Positions 53,101-64,000 of a stretch of DNA of 64,000 nucleotides are shown in pieces. Positions within the stretch are counted from its first letter, which is position 1. Each line of letters starts with the position of its first letter. Location of the stretch: assembly GCA_051294375.1 (NCBI GenBank), contig CM119263.1:27859858-27923857 (forward strand), in the 5' to 3' direction. Made by a program: the position numbers and the translations under genes. Source of the DNA: Paraspadella gotoi (lineage: Eukaryota > Animalia > Chaetognatha). The notes below the pieces were generated by a model. The model worked only from the letters and a program-made list of their open reading frames with translations. It searched no databases and was not told the origin of the DNA.

Positions 53101-55950
53101 TGAGTTCATTGCTGATTGTGACTGTCACATTTCATTGTCACCGAAAGCCCAAAGATTTCTAATATTTTCCGTTTTACCATGAATCCATTGATTCAACGAA
53201 AAATGTCAGTGGCGGTGTTCTGCAAGCTGCCACCGGCGCTTGCCACGCGCCCGACTGGCGACGTACTTAATGCCGGCGCTGCGGCGTTGATTCTCGGCGG
53301 TCTTTTTCGTCGCGGTTTTTGGAACGACGGTTTCTCATTTCACACGAAGTATCTTATTTTTTTTCGTATGGGGGAGCTTATTACGTTTGCGGTGTTCCGG
53401 ATTCACGGTCACGCTGAGAAAACCTTTTTCACTGGGACAAACTGAGAGTTTCCCTTTTTACGCAGTACGAAAACGAATTGCTTTGGTTTTTGTGGTTTTT
53501 TTTTTTTTTTAATTAGGATTCGTCATGTAAATAAAAATGTCTTGAAGAAAGGACTATTATAATTAATTTTTAAAATAGATTGCTGAATTCTTTTATGTTT
53601 TATATTTTCGTGTATCCGTTTTGTCACGAATGTTTTACAATATTTATATTAATAATTTATCGTCTGAAATGACCACATTTCAGATGATACTATTCGTGCT
53701 CTGCAGATTGACAATGGTTTTTTTTTCTCTTTGTTTATTCTTATTTTTGATTATTTTTATATCAAGTTTCTATATTTGTATCGTCTATTTAAATAAACGA
53801 TTTTAACCAGTTCTCCTTTTTATTTTTTTCTAGAAACAATTTTTTTTCTAAAACTCTTTAACAATTGTGTCATATTTTTTTAAAATTCTCTATTGCATTA
53901 TTCTTCATCATCCATTCATCATATTCATTCATTCATTCATTCATTCGATTCATATTCTCTCATTATCATTCATCACTTCTTTCATTCTTGAAAGTTCACA
54001 ATTAAGTTAGTATCAAGTTTTACGTCAAGTTAGGTTTAAGTTGAGAGATTAGGTTAGATTGATTACGTTAATTGATTTAGCGTTAAGGTCATTAGGGTTA
54101 ATGATTAGGTTAAAGATAAGAGGTTCAAGATAGGGTGTGTAACCCCCAAGGGTTAATGCTAGGATTAAGTTAGACATTAGGGTTTAGAGTTAAAGCGTTA
54201 AGATTAAGTTTATGTTTTGAACGATGAGGTTAATTATTAAGTTATTCATTGTGTCGGGATTAGGGAACCGCAAATGGGTCGCTTTGTAATAAGCCAAAAT
54301 TAAAAAAAAAATATTTTCAATTTATATTTTTTGATTTATGTTCCAAATGCGTCCCACGGATAATATGTTTTTCTTCATTCCACAAAGGTATATAGTAAAT
54401 CTTTTCTCATTTAAAGTTCTTGAACCCTTAGATCCGCTAATTTTTACGTTTATACTGAAGAGGTTTTTATATTTTTAGTTCTCACGTTAATCTCTTTGTT
54501 ATGATTTCGACCTTAGGAGTCCCCGATTTCTCCCGAAATCATTTCGTCCGGAAAAGTCAAGTCGAAACGATATCAACTCAAATGGGTTCATCCCTAAGGA
54601 CGGAGGAAAGACTCATCCTTACATCAATGGAGTTAGATGGAAAGGAGTGAGTTGGTGAAAGATTGATGATGAATGATGGTGATGATGCATGATGATGATG
54701 ATAATTGAGTGATGATGATGATTAAGAATGAGTCTAGTGATGCTGAGATAAGTTACGATACGATGATACGGATATTTTTGCATGATGATATTATCGTGAT
54801 GATAATACGATGGTGATTGATGATGACAATTTATTAGCATGATAATGATGATTGATGATACGGAAGTATGATGGCAAGCTTTTATTTATTAATCTCATTT
54901 TGCAGTTGTATTTTGGAAAACTCTAAACTGCGTCAAAGTCGGAAATTGGTATCCGAATATTACGCGAACTGGAAAAACCTGAAAAGAGGGAGATACCTTT
55001 TACTCAAGGTTAAATTACCAAAAAAAAATATATACTGTTAAAATTTGGATGAAAAGTAAAAATTTAAAAAAAAGGACAGAAAGTTGACGTTTAATTATGA
55101 GTACTTCTCAGTTACATCTTTATCAGTTAATTTAACGACATAAGGTTGTTGATCTACTTTCCTTTACTCTCTTTCACGAATATTAAACTTGACCCCAAGC
55201 GGTCAAAACTGTACCCTCACTCGAAACCCCATTTCCAATCGGCCGCGGTAGCAAAAACTCTATGCGATCAAGAAATCGAATCTGAACAGTATTTTACGAA
55301 GTTGAACTTTACGCGACGAAACGAGATCGGGAAAGGAGCGCAAAGCAGTAACAGTCACCTTCGAGACAGGAAAAAAGTAAGTATCCTCCTTCCTCGCTCC
55401 TTTGACTTACGCGTGCATACCCAACCACGACGCCCTCGGCGCTGCTCACCCCGCGGTTGAGACTAGAAAAAGTGGGAGAAGATACTTCAGAGATGTGAAC
55501 TTAATATCTAATTTTGTTAAGAAATTCGGCCAAAGTAAAAGAATAAAAAGTTAAGAGTTCACTTCTAAAAAAGCTTACTCTTTTATTATGGTAGACGTGT
55601 TACATTTAGCTGTTTTTGAATTTAGGTAATTAAGAAGGTGTCGGGGTCGATTGCTGAATGATGCGTGGTGAACTTCAGGGCAATTCCCCGGACGTATACA
55701 TATTATTTTTTTGGGGTGTTTACTATTTTGATTTTAAAAACCACGAGGTGTGGCGGGCCGTTGGCTGGTTCTTGTGTGTCTTTTCTCAGGCATGAGAGTT
55801 AAGTAGTTTACGGCTAATCAAGTGGTTTAGTTGTCTGACTTTTAACCGTTTTTAAAATTCATGTCGTTTTGTTTTTCGTGTAGGTTTGTAACCTAGCCAT
55901 AGATAGGACTATGTTTAAGTTTTCTGAAAAGTAAATTCTTTTGTCGTTGT
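42826..55950 (+). repeat. 13-kb inverted, indel-rich copy of ~25735-38500 including most Fas2 exons (probable raw long-read gap fill rather than a real pseudogene)
   Basis: Colinear reverse complement throughout; differences are dominated by random 1-nt indels, as dense in exons as in introns; ends at a 25-N gap. Confidence 0.88.
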
Positions 55951-55975
55951 NNNNNNNNNNNNNNNNNNNNNNNNN

Positions 55976-57248
55976 AATGCAGAGATGCCGCCGATACTGC
56001 TGCCGCTGCTACTGCTGCGGCGAGAGTCAGCATGAAACATGACTAACAAGTTTATATAACAAGTAGATCAATGTTTACTTCCGCATCGACATTGGAAACA
56101 GAATCAAATTNNNNNNNNNNNNNNNNNNNNNNNNNNNNNNNNNNNNNNNNNNNNNNNNNNNNNNNNNNNNNNNNNNNNNNNNNNNNNNNNNNNNNNNNNN
56201 NNNNNNNNNNNNNNNNNNNNNNNNNNNNNNNNNNNNNNNNNNNNNNNNNNNNNNNNNNNNNNNNNNNNNNNNNNNNNNNNNNNNNNNNNNNNNNNNNNNN
56301 NNNNNNNNNNNNNNNNNNNNNNNNNNNNNNNNNNNNNNNNNNNNNNNNNNNNNNNNNNNNNNNNNNNNNNNNNNNNNNNNNNNNNNNNNNNNNNNNNNNN
56401 ATTCGGTGAGGATTTACTTTCCCGGAATTCTCGTCTCAATTTCGGGCATCCCTGCGTTTCTGCATTCCGGAATCCCTGCATTCCGGAATCCCTGCATCCC
56501 GTCGTCGGTTGCATTTAACCAACCCAAAAACAATGCCCGGATTTAATTCTCGTGGCGACGGTTAAGGTTAAAACTTACCAAAACGGCGTTCGCTGCGCCA
56601 ACAGCGGCTTCATCAGTCCCCGTATCTAAACCGACAGCTACATCCGGCCCCTTTCAATTCTCGGGCACCCAATCCGATCTCAACTCCCCCCTCCTCAACC
56701 GAGGATGAATTTCACATTCTCCCCGAACCCGCCTTCCCCGCCCCCCGTCGACAGCGTTCGAGCGTCCGAACTGTTTTTCTTTTCTCGTCTCACTTTTTTT
56801 TTGTTTTTAAACAGCTTCATGCGACGCTTCTCTGGGGCACGTGATCGCCTCCGTGATATCACGTGACCTCCGGAGGTGAAAATCACGTGACGACTCGGAT
56901 TCAATTTCTCCTTTTTCATCGAGGGATTTTTGGAAAAAGGGTCTGGAAGGGGAGCTTTCAAAAAAAAAGAGAAAAGAGAGAGAGAGAAAGACGAGAGAAG
57001 AGAGAAGAGAGAGAGAGGAGAGAGAGAAGAGAGAGAAGAGAGAGAGGAGACGAGAGAGAGACTGAGAGCAAGAGAGTGGAAGAGAAGAAAATAGAGAGAG
57101 AGAGAGACGAGAGGAGAAAAGAGAGAGAAGACGAGAGGAGAGGGGGTAATTTAAAAAAAGAGTGAGTGGAACGTATCGCACGGAGCGGGCGTTTTATTCG
57201 GTATAGTCTTCACCTCTTATATTCTTTGCTTTTTTATCAATCAGCATC

Positions 57249-57255
<7 letters not shown>
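55976..57255 (-). repeat. Noisy inverted copy of ~38560-39640
   Basis: e.g. gcattccggaatccctgcattccggaatcc and the E-box cluster reappear reverse-complemented. Confidence 0.85.
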
Positions 57256-57327
<72 letters not shown>

Positions 57328-58114
57328 GCTCTCTAAACAACTCTACCCGATTTTCGTTATTATCTTTAAATACTTTCAACTTGTGAATATCGTTTTGTAA
57401 ATTGATGTAGCTTTTAGGGGCACAATGTAGCCCAAAGCCCGTTTCTTTTAAATACATTCAATACAATTCAATTCTCTCTCTCTCTCACTCTCTCTCTCTC
57501 TCCTTCTCCCTCTCCCCTTTCAAAACAGTTGAAACTAAATACGAAATTAATTCTTTGTCTCTAACATTCTCCAATCTCCAGCCCTTTCCGTTCGAGTCAA
57601 AGGGACAGGTGAGCCTTAGACGACATAACGCGTGCCGATTTAAAAAGGTTTTCGTTTGCCCTTTCTGGTTTAACCTATAGCTCTGTCTCTGTCTGCATGT
57701 AGCTGTGTCTCTGTTTCTGTCTCTGTCTCTATCAAGTCTTCTCTCAACCGCACGCCTCAACTCGAGAACGACTTCTTCATCCGTCGGACAATTTCTATGT
57801 AATCTATTTTNNNNNNNNNNNNNNNNNNNNNNNNNNNNNNNNNNNNNNNNNNNNNNNNNNNNNNNNNNNNNNNNNNNNNNNNNNNNNNNNNNNNNNNNNN
57901 NNNNNNNNNNNNNNNNNNNNNNNNNNNNNNNNNNNNNNNNNNNNNNNNNNNNNNNNNNNNNNNNNNNNNNNNNNNNNNNNNNNNNNNNNNNNNNNNNNNN
58001 NNNNNNNNNNNNNNNNAGTTCGAGTTGGCTTTTGTTTGCTCGCGCAAATTTTTTTGGCAACCGACTGAAGCCTCGGGTCTGTGAAGACGTTTGGGTGAGT
58101 TTGATTGTAGAGGG

Positions 58115-58630
58115 TAGGGTGAGGGTAAGTCGAGAAAACGGCCGAAGCTATGGGGCAGGGAAAACGGCTAATGGGTTTCGAATGGCAAAAAAATTATTCG
58201 ATATCCAGAGTAAATAAATAAAAAAATAAAAAAAACTTTGCGAGAGAAAATCATGACACAGCCTTGTCGAGTTAGCGATTTTAGGGAATGTCAGTTATAA
58301 AAAAAAGGATAAAATAGNNNNNNNNNNNNNNNNNNNNNNNNNNNNNNNNNNNNNNNNNNNNNNNNNNNNNNNNNNNNNNNGGTGATCATTAGATAGGGTG
58401 AGGGTAAGCTCGAGAAACGGACGAAGCTATTGGTAGGTCAGCGAGAAACGGCTACTAATGGCGCGGTTTCGAAATGGCAAAAAAAATTATTCGCTTCAGA
58501 GTAAATAATAAAAAAATAAAAAAAAAACTGTTGCGATTGAGGAAAAGAAATTCATGACAAGCCTTTATTGTCGATGGTTAGCCGATTTGTATGTCGAAGT
58601 ATATTTTTTAAAAAACGGATAACATACGAG
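58115..58630 (+). repeat. Two noisy direct copies of a ~200 bp segment either side of an N gap
   Basis: tagggtgagggtaag(c)tcgagaaa...gaatggcaaaaaaattattcg at ~58116 and ~58394. Confidence 0.75.
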
Positions 58631-61600
58631 AACGAAAACTATAAAAAAAAGTACCAAAGCTAATTAAGTTCTTGGGAGTAGATATATTGTGGGACTTTTT
58701 TCACTTTTTTTTTGCAACGGGAGTTGACGATAGAGAGGAAATAATCGATCGCTCCATTTTGGCCTTATTATTAAAAAGAAGGAAAAAAGGGGGGGGAAGA
58801 GGAGAAGGGCAGATTGTTTTGAGGAACATTAGGCAGCCCGGACTGTCTACGTGAGGAAGAGAGGAGAGACGAGGGGGAGAGAGATGAAGAGCAGAGAGAG
58901 AGAGACGAGAGAAGAAGGAGAGAGAGCGAGAGAGAGAGAAACTCTCTTCATTGCTACAGCCTGATATTTAGGAGAAAAACGATTTCCTGTCATACGATGC
59001 TATTTTTTTACGATCAAGAACAAGGAATTTGCTGAAGTGTCTCGTTGCATTCTCGAAATGTTTGTTTTTTGGTTCAGTTTCATTGCGATGCTTTTTTGTT
59101 TCTTTTACAATGTTTCGAATTTATTTTGTTTACTCTTTAAAGTCTTTTCATCGGCGTTTTACGTTTTACGTTTTAGCTTTTTACGTTAGATTTAATCATT
59201 TTTTTCTCATTTAAACACATTTTTTCAGCGCTTCCCTTTCTTTTTTGCGCACTTTTTCACTATTCGTCAACGCGCTTTCTTTAACGGCCTTTTCTTTCAA
59301 CGCGCGTTTTCTATCACGTGCTTTCTCATGGCGCACCGTTTTTCGCCTCATTTTCGGGCTTATCGATTCCGGTCGTCGCTTTCTCCGCTCTTCCTCGGCT
59401 TCTGTTCGGCCACAGTTCGCGCGATTCATCGTCTCGCTTCGTTTAGCGGCGCATTCCCCTCTTCTTTTCTTCTCTCTCTGTCTCTCTCTCTCTCTCCACC
59501 CATCGCTGTTCCTTTCCAGTCCCGCTCTTGAATTCGAGATGAGAGGAGAGAGAGAGAGAGGGAGAGAGAGGGAGAGAAGAGAGAGAGGGAGAGGAGAGAG
59601 AGAAGGAGAGAGAGAGAGAGACGAGAGAGAGGAGGAGAGAGGGAGAGGCGATTCCCAAGGGTTTCTTCCCGTCGCCCGAAAGTGCTGAGGAACCTGTTGG
59701 CGTACCATCGGCTGCAGTGCACTTCTAGCGTGCACGTTCGAATGCCGAAGGAACGAAGGCGAGGACACCCGGAACGAAGGCGCAATTTCAGAGCGCAATA
59801 TGTGACCCTGGGAGAGAGGATCTGAGAAGAGAGAGAGGCTTCCGGGGGGCGGGGGAGTGCGAGCCCAATGGGAGGCACCATTGAGGAATGGGTTTCTGTG
59901 TAGTCGAGGGGGGGAGAGAATGAGAACGAGGGAGCCGTTTGGAAGAAAGGGGATTCAAAACAAAGGAAGTAAATTCTTTCTTTAAAAGAAAAAGAAAAAG
60001 AAAAAGAAAAAGAAAAAGGCTGTTTGAGATTCGAACAGCTGATAAGCAAGACGAGAGTGGTTCGCCAGCAAAGGAAATATTTTTAATTATTTTTTTAATA
60101 TTTTTAATTATTTTTTTAATATTTTTTTTTATTTTTTTAATTATTATTATTTTTAATTATTTTTAATTATTTTTAATTTGTTTTTTTTTTTTTGGTGGAA
60201 AATAAAAACCGCAAGAGTTTTTAGCCAAAGTCGTTATAATAGGGTGATGATAATCTGTACAAACTATAGGGTGGCGCGATCCAGAAAATATTTTTTGTGC
60301 TTTCAGATATCATAGTTGGGCCCCCGAGGCTCAGAATTAAGGTGGAGCGACGCTGATAACTAGGGTGGATCGAGATCCAACGGCGAAAAATCATTTTTAG
60401 TCTGTCAGCCTAAATAGGAAATTACGAGGACGTTTTGAAGGGAAGGATCTCCCGGGAGGAAAGAAGGGGGGCGGCAAGGGGGGGAAGGGCTTAAATCGGA
60501 TCAAGAAGATTTGACGGGGAAATTGGGCGCAGGGGGAGGATGTTGGGTGGTTTGGGGTAAATTGCTGTATTGGGAGGTTGGAGGTCAGTGAGCAGGGATG
60601 GAGCAGAGNNNNNNNNNNAAATTAAGAAACGAATTAATGTTTTATAATTTAAGTAAGGAATGATTTATAAAATAGATTAGCTCAGGAGCGAGGATAGACA
60701 ATGGGAGAGTTTCCTTGCAAAGTTAGAAAATTTCGAAAATGGAACTCATCCGAAATAAAAGGAAAAGTTTAAAAAAAAAGGCATCGAAAAAGGGAAAATG
60801 GACCCGAACCCGGAACCGGAACCGAGAATGAAAGAAAATAAAAGGAGATGGAAATCGTAGACGGGCGAAGAGATGGGGTCACCTTGGTCGGGCCGCGGGG
60901 CGACCGATGGCCCGGCCGGAACAGAGCCGGGCAGCGTGCGCGGGCCTGTTAGACGCGGTGCCATCTTGACCCGAAAAAGACGAAACAAAAAATTGAACGA
61001 ATTTTCGTTGGAATTTTTTAGATTATCATGCTTATGGGCATTATTAATATTAACCCATGTTTCCTTCTTCCCTCAGCATGTGTATCTGCTTCTCTCACCC
61101 ATGTTTTTTGGTTTAATCACCCATAATTTCTGCTTTTCTCATCCATGTTTCCTGCTTCACTCCCCCATGTTTCCTACTTCCCTCACTCATGTTTCCTGCT
61201 TCCCTCACCCATGTGTCCCAAATTCTCCCAACGTTTTCTTAAAATCAGCTCCTCCCCCCTTCCCTCCCCAAAAAAAGAAGAGATAGTCCCCAGTGATATT
61301 AGCAATATACAAAAACTAAATTATTTTTGTGCCGAGGCACAATTCAAATAACTAAAATATTGATAACGGGAACTTGAATAATAAGACTGCGAACAATGTT
61401 ATTGAAATCATTAGATTAAATCCGAAAAAAAATACGAAGTCACGGTTCAAAAAATAAGTTTTGAAGACAGCAGAAAGCATAAACTTCCCCAACAAAATGT
61501 TCCAAGACCACTCATTCCTTTTTTTCTTTCAAAGCAAATCCTGTTTGTGTTAGTGGAGGCCGAGGACACATTCCTCACTAAAAGAAGAAACAACTCGCGT

Positions 61601-62629
61601 AGATCAACATAGGTTGCGGTGTTGTTGTGTCATTTCTTCGCGAACGTTTTTGAAAGAGATTCATTGATGCGGTTTTATGTATTGTGGCGATCCGAGTCCT
61701 CTACGGCTGCAGAGGCGGCTACTCCCGCGCCATAAGAGCAAGCTAATTCCGTTGAGTAGCTGGGTCTGAAATACACGCTACAGACTTGTTTGTCCTTTTT
61801 ATGATCCGTTTGAACCTGTCCCGGTTTTTCGGATTCTAAATTTCAGTTCTATTTTTTTTCCATGAAAGACTTCCACCGTACTCTTCCCTCGCGCGTCTTT
61901 TCGCGTCATTCCCTAATTGGCGCCAACCCAATTCTCGCGAGGCAGAGACGAAAGAACGAACTTCTCGTTCCTTCCTCCGCCTTTTCTCTTCTTCCCTTTT
62001 TCTCCTCTTTCTTTCCTTCTCCTTTCCTCCCTTTGCTCCTCTTTCTCCTTGTCTCCCTTTCCTCCCTTTCTCGCTTTTCTTGGTCCTTCTTCCCTCTCCT
62101 TCTTTTACCTTCCCTTTCTCCATTCTTTCCTCCTTCCTCCTTTTTTTTCTTTTCTTTCCCTCTTTTTTCCTCCTCCCCTTTTCTCTTTCTTCCTCTTTTT
62201 CTCCACTTTCCTCCATTTTCACCTCTTCCCTTTTTCTGCTCTTCTCCTTTTCTCCTCTTCTCCTTTTCTCCTCTTTCCTGCCTGTTACTCCCTTAACTGC
62301 CCTTTCCCCCTCCTGTTGATTCAGAAGCGACTTATGGCGCATCATCTTCACCTTCCCCAAACAACTTCATGGAGACATTCGTCCTGACACCGCAGCGATT
62401 TCACGTCGCGACTCGCCTCCCTCGCCTTTTCCCCTCCTCCTTCCTCCCTCCCTCTTCTAGCGCTATCCCTTCCCCCCTTGCTTCTCTCCTTTTCTGTCTC
62501 AACAATTATGCCGTCTCCCGCTCTCTCTCCTCCTCTCTCTCTCCTCTTTTCTCTCATCTCCTCTCTTCTCTCTCTCTCCCTCTCTCTTCTCTCTCTCTCT
62601 CTCCTCCAAGTCCTCCCTCTCCTCCTCTC

Positions 62630-62665
<36 letters not shown>

Positions 62666-63966
62666 TCGTCTCTGTCTCTCTCAATTTCCCAAAAAAACAA
62701 TTTGATGGGTTTTGTATAACAGAAGTTCGACGCGAGGAAGAAAAAATGGTCAAATACGCAACGAGGTGACGAGGTNNNNNNNNNNNNNNNNNNNNNNNNN
62801 AAAAAAAAGAATATAAATAAATCAAAGAAAGATTCGAAATCCATCAAACTTAAAATTCGACGACTCAACAGAAAAACAGATTTGGAAGTCATGACTCTGG
62901 AAAAAGACTTTTCCAATCAGGAGAGAGAGAGAGAGAGAGAGAGAGAGNNNNNNNNNNNNNNNNNNNNNNNNNNNNNNNNNNNNNNNNNNNNNNNNNNNNN
63001 NNNNNNNNNNNNNNNNNNNNNNNNNNNNNNNNNNNNNNNNNNNNNNNNNNNNNNNNNNNNNNNNNNNNNNNNNNNNNNNNNNNNNNNNNNNNNNNNNNNN
63101 NNNNNNNNNNNNNNNNNNNNNNNNNNNNNNNNNNNNNNNNNNNNNNNNNNNNNNNNGGAGGTGGAAGAGGGGAGAAAAAGGAAAGGTGGGACGTGGAAGG
63201 GAAGGATGAGAAAGAGGGGGAAAAGAACAGATGGGAAATAGAAATGAGAAAAAAAAAAGGAAACGGGAGGTAGAATGAAGAAAAGAAAAGGAGAAAGGAA
63301 GAAAGGAAGAAATAAAAATTAGAAGAAGGTGCCATGTAAAAGCAAAGAGGGACCGATTAAAAATAAAGGGAAAGAGGAAGAAGAAAATGTAAAAGAAAAA
63401 AAGGGATGGAGATGCTGGTTTAATGAGGAAAAAGGCAAAGAAATTGTCTGACTAAATAGGTGAATGTTGATGAGAGTTAGAATAGGGGAGCCGTGAATTC
63501 ACGACCCGAAGATGCACCCGGCCTCTCACTCTTTTTGAATAGAGAGGCTTCGTCGTCGTCGTTTTTGTTGTTGTTGTTGTTGTCGTCGTCGTCGATAGAA
63601 TAAATGAATAAAAATAAAAAGAGAAGAGAGAAGCAGAAGGATGCTATGCTGAAAAAAAGAAGAAAAAATCAAAACAAAAAAAAGAAAGAATCGGGAAGAA
63701 AGAAAAGAAAGAAAAGAAAAAGAAAAGTGGAAAACAAAATCATTAATTTTCCTTTTCCTTTTCCTTTCTCTTCCTTTTTCAATTTTCCCTAATATTTCTC
63801 CCTTTTTTCCTTTCCTCCCATCCCATTTTCAAAGCGACGAAAATCCATTACGACCCAAAATATGAAAACTCGTTGGCGGCGAAGGAAAAAAAATCACTAA
63901 AAACAATGAAATCCGTTTATTCTCTCTCTCTCTCTTTATCTCTATTTATATATCCATCTATCAATT

Positions 63967-63998
<32 letters not shown>

Positions 63999-64000
63999 TC

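Noticed and set aside
45843-55377. Second, frameshifted Fas2 gene on the plus strand (pseudogene)
   Set aside because: The error pattern is random indels in exons and introns alike, bounded by 25-N gaps; better explained as unpolished long-read sequence

Overview
AT-rich, microsatellite-laden metazoan (invertebrate-like) draft genome sequence; the supplied ORF track is mostly uninformative because the genes are spliced. Four genes can be built by hand from splice sites. (1) A Fasciclin-2/NCAM-family adhesion gene on the minus strand (20586-35619) with Ig and 2 FN3 domains, two apparently mutually exclusive Ig half-domain exons, a GC-AG intron, and alternative GPI-type versus transmembrane endings. 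(2) A two-exon divergent Q50 PRD-class (DUX/Mix-like) homeobox gene (minus, 10609-15485). (3, 4) Two unrecognised plus-strand spliced genes (2375-4360; 16674-18235). Most of 40.9-57.3 kb is a redundant, indel-ridden inverted or direct copy of 25.7-40.9 kb flanked by 25-N gaps, most likely a long-read gap-filling artefact. The most interesting signal is a dispersed set of short elements, at least three of them solo-LTR-like (about 210-330 bp), carrying circularly permuted (type-P5) twister-ribozyme folds at 1.7, 12.4, 20.3 and 32.7 kb, plus a decayed one at 4.0 kb. In two of them stem P1 is replaced by a 6-nt palindrome, reminiscent of dimer-dependent minimal hammerheads. A Penelope-type minimal hammerhead core lies about 530 nt from one twister on the opposite strand. 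All RNA folds were assigned by eye, and every copy shows some decay.
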